Assembly: GCF_006345805.1 (NCBI RefSeq)
Contig: NC_042997.1
Span: 142,972,001 to 143,036,000 of the forward strand
From: Octopus sinensis
Lineage: Eukaryota
Direction of reading: 5' to 3'
DNA: 64,000 bases
The position numbers were made by a program, and so were the translations under genes. Of this stretch, positions 48,665 to 61,087 are shown piece by piece. How positions within the stretch are numbered: the stretch's first letter is position 1; every line of letters starts with the position of its first letter. The notes under the pieces were generated by a model. It had not been told where the DNA came from. It saw only the letters and a program-made list of their open reading frames with translations, and did not search any database.

Positions 48665-50377
48665 CAAATTTTATAAACAAAACATTAAAAAGAGATGTTT
48701 CAGGAATTCAATCACTACTACCATCCACAGCGGGTCACTTTCAGGGTAGTTGACCATTCAACATACTACTGTTATGGCACTCCCGCATTTTCTTTTTCTT
48801 CTTCTTTTCCTCCTTTTTCTTCTCCCCCTTCTCCTCCCCTTCTTCCTTACCAAGAATTCACAACGACCTCGAATCCACAAGAGTAAACAAGAGAGAGAGA
48901 AACAGGCAGAAACCAGGAAAATGTCACTTGTATTTGAACACTATGCAAATATTCTTTTAAAAAAACTTTTTTTAAAATTTTTTCCAAGATTTAATTGTTT
49001 TCCATACTTAAAGTTGAAAAAGTCTCAATGACTGGAACCGGTACTGAAATGTTTTTTATAAAATTATTTTAGCATTTTCAATCTTGACTTTTTTTCCATA
49101 TATATATATATATGAGAGGTTTTGATATTGAGAGGAGGCCATAGAAATTTCACACTGCCTTGGTTTTGTTGCCTCATTTTATTCAAAAACACACACAGAC
49201 CACTTATATATATCCTCAGTGTATCATATATCCGAAAAAGAAATACACTTTAAAGCAGAGAGCAGTATGTATTTATATGCAATTAAGTCTATGTCCAGTC
49301 ATAGAGTGATCAATGGTTTTGCATTCATAAAAGGTTTAGCCCCATGCACAACCTGTCAGATTCTAAAACCGAAGGCATATAATTCTTCTACTCTGGGAGC
49401 TCCTAAAGTTGAAGAATTATATAAATGTTCTAGCTAATTATTTATGATGTCTGAAGAAGTACATCATATTCTTTAAGCAATATGAGAAAACAATAAAAGT
49501 AGACAGTATGGGAAAGAGAGGGCTGGAAATAAAAATACTGAGATAACAGCTTACTAGATTAGACTTGATTGCTGTTCAAAGGTAGATTTCAGTTGCAACA
49601 TATTCATGCAACTACTTGCAGCTGTAATTCTGTTCAATATATGTATAATTGGATTAAATCTTGGCCTGGGGCTCTTTCTCTCCCTCTCATCTACAATAGG
49701 TTTATGCATGGCTGTGTGGTTAAGAATCTTGCTTTGAAACCAAGTGGTTTTGGGTTCAACACCTTGAGCAAATGTCTTCTACTATAGCCCCAGGCTGACA
49801 AAAGCCTTGGGAGTGAATTTAGTAGACAGAAACTGAAAGAAACCTTTTATGTGTATGTGTGCATATCTATATATGTGTGTGTCTATTTGTGTGTAGTTTT
49901 GTCGTGACATCTAAACGACCATGTTGTTTCGGGGAATATTACTTTTTTTCAGGAAGTGAGAGTTGGTGACAGGAAGTGCATCCAACTGTTGGAAATCTAC
50001 AACTTCCATCTGACTCATGTAAGCTTAGAAATAAATGTGTTAAATGATGATGATAATAGCTAAAGGAGATACTTACATTACTAATATCCCCAGTGGGAAC
50101 TTGGAAAAATCAATGAAGCAGTATATATATAATAATATTTGCTGATAACCCAAATCAATAAGGTCAGAACTGTTATCAGTTCAATATGATTATCACTGGA
50201 AAGTACATTTTATATAGCCTACAGTTGGTAAGAGCATTACTGCATGTGGTTTTAGAAATAATGGGTCTTTTTCAAATCCAGTTTGGGACCTTGTGCATAT
50301 CCAGGATGATGAACTGAACCATTCAAAACAAAGGGTGTGTGTGTGTATGTGATATCACATTTATAAACATGTGCATA

Positions 50378-50429
<52 letters not shown>

Positions 50430-50431
50430 CA

Positions 50432-50814
50432 CAGTAGAACCTTAGAGTACAAGTGCACTATTGTACGAATAATTTGCTTTGAGCCGCAACTCATGCGAAT
50501 TTTTGTTTTGAAGTATGAATGAAAATCCACAGTACGAGAACACAAATTGTCCCATATTTAAGGTAATTCAGTTAATAAAACCTGTTTACATATTTCTTTT
50601 GCATTCCCTTTTCTATAATTGTCATTTTACTTGTAACTACACCTTTTCTATTTTAAAACCCATCAAACATTATTTTTGAGTGGTTTTTGGAGACTGGAAC
50701 TAGATTAATTGTATTTTAGTTAATTTCAATGTGGAAAATCGATTTGTAAAATGAGTAAATTGTAAGATGGGCTCAACAGAGAACAAATTAAACTCATACT
50801 GCAAGGTATCACTG
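50432..50814. mobile_element. Tigger-like MITE
   Basis: CAGTAGAACCTTAGAGTACAAG against CTCATACTGCAAGGTATCACTG|TA, imperfect inverted match. Confidence 0.6.
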
Positions 50815-50846
50815 TATACACACACACACACACACATAAATTTATA

Positions 50847-50887
<41 letters not shown>

Positions 50888-50948
50888 CATAATATGTAAA
50901 CAGACATAAGCTGGTTTTTGAAGTGTTGAAATGTATTGTAGAACAAGT

Positions 50949-50981
50949 AGATACATTTTTCCAACCTGTAAATACTGAACA

Positions 50982-51021
<40 letters not shown>

Positions 51022-51194
51022 TATATATAAAGGATAAAATCCTTTTAAGAGCAGGAAAGTTTGTCAGCAACCAGCCATGAGGGTCAAACTCACACTCCTC
51101 GAATATCCGTTCTGAGTGCTCTACCTTTAAGTTCTTAAAAGGATTTTATCCTTTATATATACTGTTCAGTATTTACGGGTTGGAAAAATATATC
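50949..51194. repeat. Fold-back inverted repeat spanning a (TA)n tract
   Basis: The left arm 50949-51050 pairs with 51133-51194 once the extra TA units in the left arm are looped out; 82-nt spacer. Confidence 0.85.
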
Positions 51195-51202
51195 TTTCTA
51201 CA

Positions 51203-52935
51203 TTTTCTGTAGTTTCAGCTCAGAACTGTGGCCATGCTGATGCACTGCCATTTTGCTACACTGTTATTACTGAGTGCCTCCTCCAATATGTCACACTTGG
51301 TGAAAAATGAAGAATGGAGTTCATTTGCACCTCTTGCCATGATGTAGGTTCATTTGGGACTCTCGACAGGAAGAGATCCAGCTTTGATTTAAAAACGCCT
51401 ACATCTACTTTGTGCAGGTTCCTCAGGCTCTTTGGGAGAATATTAAAAAGCTGTGGGCCCTTGAAATCCAGGCTGTTGCAGTAACTGCTCCTGAAGCGTG
51501 ATGGCTTTGCTGGGATCTTTGGCACTATGGAGTGTCATCCCGTTCTGGCATTGGTGTAGCTTTCAATGCTAAAATTTGGCACAATTCCTTCCAGGATCTT
51601 CCAGATGTATATTACTGCATACCTCTCCTGCCTTCTCTCCAGGGAGTGGAGTCTTAGCTGTTTCAGCCTTTCCCAGTAGCTCAGCAGTTGCAAAGGGACG
51701 ATCTTTTTTGTGAATCTTCTCTGGATTGCTTCAAGGTACGCTATTAATTTCACACTGTTGGGTGACCATAGCTGTGAGCAGTAATCCAGGTGGCTGAGGA
51801 CGAATGAGGACCATCAGAGAACCATTCTCTGGTTCTGAATGTTCTCGGGATCCATCCAGCCAGTTGTCTGCACTTTGTTGCCATCCTGGTAATGTGCACT
51901 TGGAAAGAGGTATCATCACTCGTGTTGATACCCAGGTCCCTCACTGATTTAAGCTCTGGGATTGAAATTCCCTGTGGACCAGTGTACCCTGTAAGTTTCA
52001 TATTCAGTTTTGGGTGCTGGTAGCACAGGGCTTGGAATTTTCAGCATTAAACTGCATATTATTATCCTCAGCCATCTGTGAATTGAGTCCAACTCCTGCT
52101 GCAGATGTGCAACATCGCTAGGGTTCTGTATTTTCTGCGAAACTTTCGTATCGTCTGCGTACCTTGCAAAGGTGGCTATCGGGGTTCTTGAGGGCATATC
52201 TATAAAAAGCAGTGGTCCCAATACAGTGCCTTGTGGAACACTGCTCACTATTTGTATTTTCATAGAGTTGGCTCCATTAGCCACTACTGCCTGACTTCTA
52301 TCTTTCAGAAAGTCATGTAACCACTCTCCAAGTTTTCCAGCTATGCCAAGATCACGCAGTTTGTGGCATATCATACCATGATCTACCTTGTCAAAAGCTT
52401 TTGCAAAATCAAGGTATATTACGTCCACATTTGAGTTGTTGAGTAACTGCCTCAACACCCAGTCATCCATGACTTTGCTGATGTGTGAAGTCAGAGAGAT
52501 AGGCCTATAGTTTTTGGCAGTCTGCCATTTGCAAGAAAGCTCTGGAAGAGAACCTGAAGGGGTTTTGCCAGGGCATGCTTACACGATTTGAAGAGGATTG
52601 CTGGGAAACCATCAGGACCAGCAGTTGAGTTTGTGTCCACTTCATCTATGGCTAATAGTACATCTTCTTTGTTTATGTCGATGTATTCCATTGTAACTGC
52701 TTCGCTGGTTATAGGTGAGGCGGCAAAGAAGTCCACTGATTCGTTCACTTGTCTGTGTTACAACAGGGTGATAAAGACACTTTTGAACTGGTCATTCAGT
52801 ACCTCACTGATCCTAGTTGGACTGTCTGTGAGGGAGCCATCCTTTTGGAAGAAGGGTCCTATCTTGCAGCGTACTGAGGCTGTTTCTTTCACGTTTGGGT
52901 CTCACATCAGTGAGAGGTGCTGGTGTGCTTAAACA
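51203..52935 (-). mobile_element. 5'-truncated CR1/L2-group LINE with decayed reverse transcriptase
   Basis: STAGPDGFPAILFKSCK, VIYLDFAKAFDKVDH, VPQGTVLGPLLF, YADDTK, LEAIQRRFTKKI...YWERLKQLRLHSLERRQER; frameshifted throughout. Confidence 0.95.
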
Positions 52936-53282
52936 GTATGCTTTCTCTCTCAGTGACCCCTGAAACCTACTGGTATCTGGTATGAGAAGCTTTCCATTGA
53001 CAGCACTTACACAAGTAAATTTGCAAGTCTCCCAAAACAGACATAGGAGTTCAACACAATCCTCTGTTATGTTGGAGCCTGCCTAATACTGCAATCTATA
53101 CCAGCATGGAAGATGGATGTTAAATAATGATGATGATTATAGTAAATTTACACTCTAAAGACAAGGTTAATTGTTTGAAAAGATTATAAGCATCTTAATA
53201 AACAGCCGTATTGTACATTTTTGACTTTTACCATTAATGTTCCATTATCATTCAAGGGACAAATGTAGATTACTGAAGAATA

Positions 53283-53729
53283 GATATTGGTTTCAAATTT
53301 TAGCAGAAGGCCAGCAATTTCAGGGGAGGGGATAAATTGATTACATCCAACCGCAGTGCTCAATTGGTACATATATTATTGACCCCAAAAGAATGAAAGG
53401 CAAAGTCGACCTCGGTGGAAATTGAACTCAGAATGTAAAGATAGATGAAATACTGCTAAGCATTTTGTCTGGTGTGCTAGCAATTCTGCCAAGCTCACCA
53501 CCTTAGACTGAAGAATAAGTATTCTTTTCTACTCTAGGCAAAAGGCCTGAAAATTTGGGGGAGGAAGCCAGTTGATTAGATCGACCCCAGTATGCAACTG
53601 ATACTTAAATTATCGACCCCAAAAGGATGAAGAGCAAAGTCGACCTCGCCAGAATTTGAAATCAAAACGTAAAGACAGATGAAACACCACTAATCACTCC
53701 ACCCAGCTTGTTAACGTTTGTGCTGCCTT
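53283..53729 (-). mobile_element. Two tandem SINE B copies bounded by three copies of ACTGAAGAATA
   Basis: 11-mer at 53272-53282, 53507-53517 and 53730-53740. Confidence 0.85.
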
Positions 53730-54482
53730 ACTGAAGAATAAATATTAATTTTATTCGTGTCCTTTTTTTTTTTTATTCCTAATAAATGAAAATCACTCTC
53801 AAAACTATTCATTTAGTTCAATTATGATGATCAGATTACATTACATTTATAAATTATCCACCTACAAGTAGATATCTCTGAGTGAAACAAATTTATTCTG
53901 TAAAAGTGTTAGTAATAATATATTGCTAAACGAAAAAAATCACTTGCTGTGCAATATGATTTATTAAAATATTTCATAGTTGATTATATGGTAATTTGTT
54001 AAATAGTACTGTCTTACAGTTAGAATATATTTTAATAATTACTAGCATACCACATTGCAGTGTCAGTATGAGGGATGGGGTGGTGAGATAATATTAGCAA
54101 TAATACTTGTCTTTTTACGTGTTTCAGTCATTGGACTGTGGCCATGCTGGTGCATTGCCTGAAGGATCTAGTTGAACAAGTCAACTCCAGTATTTATTTT
54201 TTTTTTAAGTATTCTGTAAGTCTCTTTTTTTTCATACTGCTAAGTTATGTGGACATCAACAAACCATTATTTACAGTGGATGGATATGGGTCCACAATGT
54301 TTCAGCTGATTTACCCTCTAGCCTTTATCAAGTATCCTGGTAGAATTTTGAACCCAACCCTGGGTTTTCATTCTTAAGTTTTTGTTTTTTCCTCACAATC
54401 TTGGGGTTAGTAGCCCGTTGCTCTTAACCATTATGCTATATGCCCATGGACAATTATAGAGTGAATTTTAGGACTTATTAAC

Positions 54483-54650
54483 CTAATATTTTTGTATCCT
54501 TCCTTAATACCAGTTCTTATATTCTACTCATATCTGCACTCAGTTTGCTTAGGGGATTATTGTGTCCTAGCATATGTGCTGCCTCATTTAGTTTCTGTAT
54601 TTTCCAGTGGTGTTCTCTATCTATTATTTTAACTTGTACCCCATACTGGT
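54483..54650 (-). pseudogene. Penelope-like element GIY-YIG endonuclease C-terminal remnant
   Basis: VKIIDREHHWKIQKLNEAAHMLGHNNPLSK fits the W..RKLKEA.H pattern that ends Penelope-like ORFs (recognised from memory). Confidence 0.7.
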
Positions 54651-54861
54651 TGTCAAACAGTGTGGTGGGGCAAACACAAAAACATACATTATCATCCTCA
54701 TTTAATGTTTGTTTTCTATATAGCATGGCATGGGCTGGACAGTTTGAAAGGAGCTTGTAAGGCCAGCAAACGGCACCAGGCTCCAATGTCTATTTTGGCA
54801 TGGTTTCTACAGCCCTTCCTTGTGCCTGTATGTGTATATATATGTGTGTGTGTGTGTGTGT

Positions 54862-55180
54862 AGGTATGTGGCTTAGTAGTTAAGGTAATCAGCTCATGAT
54901 CGTAAGGGCGTGAGTTCAATTCCCAGCAGTGCATTGTGTCCTTGAGTAAGACACTTTACTTCACATCACTCCAGTCCACTTGGCTGGCAAAAATGAATTG
55001 GGCCTGTAATTCAAAGGGCCGGTCTTTCACATTCTGTGTCATGCTGAATCTACCTGAGAACATTAAGAGTACGCGTGTCTGTGGAATGCTCAACCACTTG
55101 CATGTTAATTTCACAAGCAGGCCGTTCCATTGATTGGATCAACTGAAACCCTCGTCATTATAACTGACAGAGTGCCAGTA
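54862..55180 (+). mobile_element. tRNA-derived CORE-type SINE (family D)
   Basis: A box TGGCTTAGTAG, B box GAGTTCAATTC, CORE-like TGTGTCCTTGAGTAAGACACTT. Confidence 0.75.
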
Positions 55181-58100
55181 TATATACATATAAAGTCCAA
55201 TCTATGCCATCATGGAAGATGGAAGTTAAATGTTGATGATATATCCTTTTCTACTCTAGGCACAAGGCCCAAAATTTTGGGGGAGGAGGCCAGGCAATTA
55301 GATCGACTCCAGTATGCAACTGGTACTTAATTTATAGACCCTGAAAGGATGAAAGGCAAAGTCGACCTCGGCAGAATTTGAACTCAGAACGTAAAGACAG
55401 ACAAAATACCACTAAGCATTTCGCCCGGCATGCTAATGTTTGTGCCAACTCGCTCCCTTATCACACACACAATGGGTTTTTGCACAGTTTCTGTCTGCCA
55501 AATTCTCTCGCTAATAATTGGTTGGCCTGGGGCTATGGCAGAAGACAGTGGGATTAATCCTGAAACCACATGGTTGCAAAGCAAGCTTGTTAACCACACA
55601 GCTATACCTGTGCCTATGTTAATGATTACCAACATGCCATATTACTGTATCAGTTCAGGGGGCAGGAAAGATAATATTAGTAACAATGTTAGTTAAAAAA
55701 AAAAATTAAGAAGTAATAATAATAATTAGTTTATCAATGCTTTTTCATTTATTTTCCATTTTTGTGTTAGGGCTGTTAAGATAGTATTATATCTCTAAGT
55801 ATCTATATCTTTGCTCATTTCTTTCATGGCACTAAATTTATGTTGGTTTTTATTTTTTCATCTGCATTACAAGTCTTCCTATTCCAGTTAGGTGTTGGGC
55901 ATGTGGCACCTTCTCTCATGCTACAAGTATTTAATTTGATTTCTACTAGTGTATATTCAGTTGGATGTAATTCAGCTGGTTCTGTCCACTGTTGGTATGC
56001 ATATGTTGTGGGTGCAAGCTTTGTTGTTTGGTTAAGTTTGCTTCACTTCCCAATTCCACTTGGATCCTTGTTCATATCACTGCATGCTGTCTTAGCATCT
56101 TCTGCTAGCACTTCATGTGGTTAAAATTGGATAGATGGAAACTACAAGAAACCTATTAGATGGACTATATCTGTTCTTAAATGTAGGCTTAATCTGTATC
56201 CAGGTTCAGAACCATCATTTGATCTTTATGTGCCTCTTAGTGGATTACACTGTTAGAAGTATTCAGACTGGGTCTCCAGTCTGAGAGATAATTTGATATT
56301 ATGATGCTGCCACTGATACTATGATAATCCATTAATGAAAGTCTCTCTCTCTCCCCTTCCCTTTCTCTCTCTCTCTCTGAGGCCTTGCAAGAGGTTGTGG
56401 GCTTTGTCCTTCCTACTTTGAGCAAGCTATATCATTGTCATCATCCATGTTCCATATAGGCATGGGCTGAACAGTTTAACAGGATCCAATGGGTTCAAGG
56501 ACTGCATCATGCTCCAGAGTCTGCTTTGACATGGTTTCTACAGCCAGATGCCCTTCCTCATGCCAACCATTTCACAGTATCTACTGGGTGCTTTTTTTTT
56601 TTTTCATGCCACCAGCACTAGTGAAGGCATCTGCAGTTTGCAAGACTATGAACCCTGGGGCAGGCAACTTTATGCTAGGCGATGAGGGGCCAAAAGATGG
56701 GTAATAGTGTAAGAGAAGGGACCAGAGCAGATTGCTTGCTATAGCGAAGTTTACTCACAGGTGAGAATGATCAGGTGGAGCTGCAAAGAGATAAATAATG
56801 ATGATATGTCCCTCCCTCCCTCCCTCCCTCACCCCCAAAAGAAAAAAATGTTATCAACTGACTTCAATGATGTAACAGATATCTCATTTTGGTCTTAACT
56901 GAATGTATGGTTTCATTTATCTTTCAGTTTTGCCATTCTTGATTATCAAATATAGCTTACCTGGCACTTTGTATTCACTGTTTCTAAGTGAGAGAGAAAA
57001 CCAATTAAAGTCTGAGAACAAGTCTTCATAACTGTCCATAGAATGTTTCTATATTTCTACAGTTTTTCCCTTTTTCACTCCCAACCAAATTTACATCTTA
57101 ATACAAAGTCAATTTACTTCAGTTTTTTTATCATCGATATTGTTCTGTCAACAAATGTGTTTTCTCTTTGTTCTCCAGTTGTTGCAAGGGCAATGGCTTT
57201 TCTGTCAGGAATTATTGAGACAATAGCAAATGTACAATGTTTTCCTTATAAAGTCAACATCACTGAGGAAGATTTATATACATTTCTGTGTAACACCTTG
57301 TTAATTGCAATTTTTTTTTTAGTCATTTAAATGCTTTTTTTTTTGTTTTTTAAATGATTGCAGCTGTTTGAGTGATTCTAACAAATTCAGATATGCATAA
57401 ATTGTTGAAGGATTTTGTTGGCTCTGTTAGGAATGTGAAGTTGGAATATTAATTTTTTAAAGCTAGGTTAATTAGGGAATAATGAAATTCCAACAGTAGA
57501 ATTTTATCCATTGATCTATGTATAAGTATCCATCGCACCACTTTATATGAAGTAATAATTGCTTTCTGCTACTTTGAAAATATCTTTTAGAAAATGAAAA
57601 AGTGAGTGCAACTTTATATATTTTTTGAGTGGTAAAGAAATATGTACACTATTACAGGTTTGTATTAAATTAAAGATCCTTCTAATCAGCTGCACAGAAC
57701 TGTAAAATAGATATGCTTGGAAGCCTGATGCTAAGAAAATTATCTTTGTACATTGCACACAAAGCTGGTATGATCTTGCACTCCAAAAAAAAATCAATCA
57801 AAGCCATTATTATTATTTACTATACAAACAGTAATAGCATGTACTTGCAATTCTATTTGAATTATCTGTCAAATTAATTTGACTAATGATCATAACATCC
57901 ATTTTGCAATGAGCTGAGCCATTATTGTTGTTCATCTACCAGTCAACTCATCCCAGTCCTGTGGCCTAAGATATTCCAGCTGTAACTATCCTGTTTTTTT
58001 CTTTTTTAAAGTTCAGACATAATGTACCTAGGACTACATTGTTTGATGTAGCCTTCTTTTAGTGTGATTTGAGGATGATTTGTTTTCTACTCTTAGCAGT

Positions 58101-59076
58101 TTAAGCAACGATGTAGAGGGCTTTCTGTGGCTTGAGTTTAAACAATTATTGTATGTGGTAGATTGCTGTTCTTTTCAAACCTGTGCTTTCTCATCTGAAG
58201 TTCAATGTTCTCTGATCAACTCTCACTTCTTCCTCTATCAAAGATAACCTCTGTATATCAGTAGATATCTTCCATTTGCATTTCATCTTCATACCATGTG
58301 TGGTTTTAGCTTCCAGAAGCTTCATGCTTCACTTGCATTCTGCCTTTCATGCATGGTGTAAATCCAGTATAGTATTGGTTTCAAATTTTGGCACAAGGCC
58401 AGCAATTTTGAGTGAGTGGGCATGTCAATTACATCAACTTTGGTACTTATTTTATCAATCATGAAAAGATGAAAGACAAAGTTGACTTCAGCAGAATTTG
58501 AACTCAGAACATAAAGATGGACAAAATTCTGCTGCCATGCTAACAATTCCGTCACTTTTTGGCCCTTAAATCAATTATAATATTAACAGAAGGAAAAAAA
58601 AACCCAAAACACTCACTTTTCAATACTATAAATCACATTTGTAGCAATTGCTTGTTTTGGTCTGATATCAACTCTATAAATTTCTCCCACCTATCTCTTA
58701 TACTATCTGCTATATTCGCACAAAAACCACTTTCATATCTGTTTTCTAGGTTGCCAACATTTACTACTTCTAGGGGTATGCATCTGAACAAACCATGGAC
58801 TTTGTTTCATAGTGCCACTACTGCTGCATTCTTCCCTACATCTTGCACATGAAAAGATTTGGCTCTCTGTCAGTCTGCTGATATCTAATGCCACTATTTT
58901 GTTTTTATAACCATTGCTTGTAATGAATATACACTGTGGAATTCCTACCGAATCCCTTTCTATAGAAATAAATTTTTAAAATCCATTTCCCTAATGGTCT
59001 TTTGCCATGTTAATCTTGATCTTTATAGATCACTGTTATAGGTTTGCAACTTTTTCTCCAACAAATATATGCTTAA

Positions 59077-59483
59077 CCCTTTAGCATTCAGATTACTCTG
59101 TCAAAAGTAATACTTATTTATTCACACTTGGTTTTAAATTAACCATTCATTGTCTTGATGCTTTGAGATTTCTGTGTTGTGATTGTTTACTTCTAGAATG
59201 GCATTGTAAGGTAAGTTGTGAGAGGCTAGATCTAGCTGGTTTGAACACAAAACAATATTTTTGGCCTGTTATGGCTGGTTTAACCCTTTAGCATTTAAAC
59301 CTGTCAAATCCTGTTTTATATTCAAACCAGCCAGATCCAGCCTCTCACATCTACCCAACAATGTCAATCTAAAAATAACAATCACACAATCAAAGTTTTG
59401 AAGCTATGAGATAATCCATGATTAATTCAAAACAATGTGAATAAATAGGCACAACAAGATAGAATAATCTGAATGCCAAAGTG
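59077..59483. mobile_element. Two piggyBac-type family 1 MITEs in head-to-head orientation
   Basis: TTAA at 59073-59076 and 59280-59283, TCAA at 59484-59487; the first copy is the reverse complement of the second. Confidence 0.8.
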
Positions 59484-60191
59484 TCAATATTCTCGGCTGG
59501 TATTTGATGTTAGAACATCCAGTCAGAGAATCTCAGTGAAATATATGGAATGCCAAGAACAGTTTAGTAGTTTTTATCATACAGATTAATATTTCATATC
59601 CAATAGCTTATCATCTTTGTAGTTTGGGGTGGGGACACAAACAATCTTTAACTGTCTTGTTTTTCTGAGTTCTTGATACTCTGCACTTTCCGATTCTTTG
59701 GTGATAGCTGCTTTTATGATGATTGAATTTACAATTGAGTGTAATTTGAGAGAAATTTAGCTGTTATATCTAGTTACAGGAGTGGCTGTTGTTTGTTTCC
59801 TGTCTTCCATGAAAAATATACCAGGCCATTGGCAATATTAACTAGCTTGGAAACAAGCGAGGGTTGGTGACACAAATGGCATCTGACTGTAGAAATTCTA
59901 CTTCAACAAATTCTGTCTGACCTGTGCAAGCATAGAAAAGTGGATGTTAAATGATGATGAGAATGAGATATCTATCAGATTGAGTAACTGCATAAAAGCT
60001 TCTTCATTGAGTTCTGAGGTATAAAACATTGGATTGATTACAACAGAAATGCCTTGCTTAATCAGAGCTGACTTGATACTAAACAACTGAATTCATCAGT
60101 CCCCCTTCTCTCATCTTACTATCTTATCTTTTATTTGCTTCATCTGCTGAATTACAATTATGCTGGGGTACTGCCTTGAAAGGTTTTAGTT

Positions 60192-60451
60192 CAGTGGTTC
60201 CCAAACTTTTTGGGGCTGCTATCCCCTTGATAGCCAGGCCACATTCCTAGCGCTCCAACTAACCATCACAAACATAGACCTCTTTCTGAAGCAAATTCAA
60301 AGCAACTGTATTTCACAAATAAAACTTAACCAAATGAATCCATTATTTTGTTTGTTTTTACATGAATCACTGCCCCATTATTGCCCCACTTTTCAATGTC
60401 CCCTTGGATCTTTCCACTGCCCCCAGGGATGCAGCACTTTGGGAATCACTG
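60192..60451. mobile_element. hAT-type MITE inserted in a SINE
   Basis: CAGTGGTTCCCAAA...TTTGGGAATCACTG; TSD TTTTAGTT / GTTTACTT (6/8). Confidence 0.8.
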
Positions 60452-61087
60452 GTTTACTTGAACAAATCAACTCCGCTTACATTTAAGTTTGGTACTTATG
60501 CTGTTGATCTCTTTTGCTGAACTGCTAAGTTACAGGGACATAAACAAACCAACACTAATTGTCAAAACAATAAGAATTTTTATCCTTTCAAACTTTTTTG
60601 TTCATTTACTGGTTGGTTGTCTCTTCATACTATTGCTGTATACTTTCTTTCAGTGTTCCATAACAAACATTATACACAGTTCTTTTTCTTCAAGCCCTTC
60701 CTCTCTTATGGCCTTGTCACTTTCTAGTGAGTTTTAACAATGTAAACATTAACCCACATTTCAAGTAACTGTCCTATCTTTTCAACTCGAAAAGCACTCT
60801 AATGTTTAGGACATGATATTTAAACTTTGGTTAATGTAACATTTTGAAAATGGTGTTCATTGTTAGTGTTCTTTAAAAATTCTTTTCAATGTGTTTCAAT
60901 GTATATGTTAAATTGTAAAATATATTTGAATGTCACTGTTTATCAATTTACCTTTCGATATGAATTAGGATATAAATTGTGAAAACATCTTGATCTGAGT
61001 TTTTGATTCCAGCTGAATGTATTGTATGTAACCAACAAGAATTGTTGAAACTAATGTTAATTTCAAAACATTCAAAATTATCATTTG

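Noticed and set aside
55830-56130. Nearly open minus-strand frame of about 100 codons
   Set aside because: Internal stop, no splice sites and no recognisable motif; probably old transposon debris.
60654-60726. Resemblance of FFKPFLSYGLVT to the CYP4 motif FLKPWLGxGLLTS
   Set aside because: Short match, the frame and donor position do not fit the following S-x-G, and no other P450 motifs were found.
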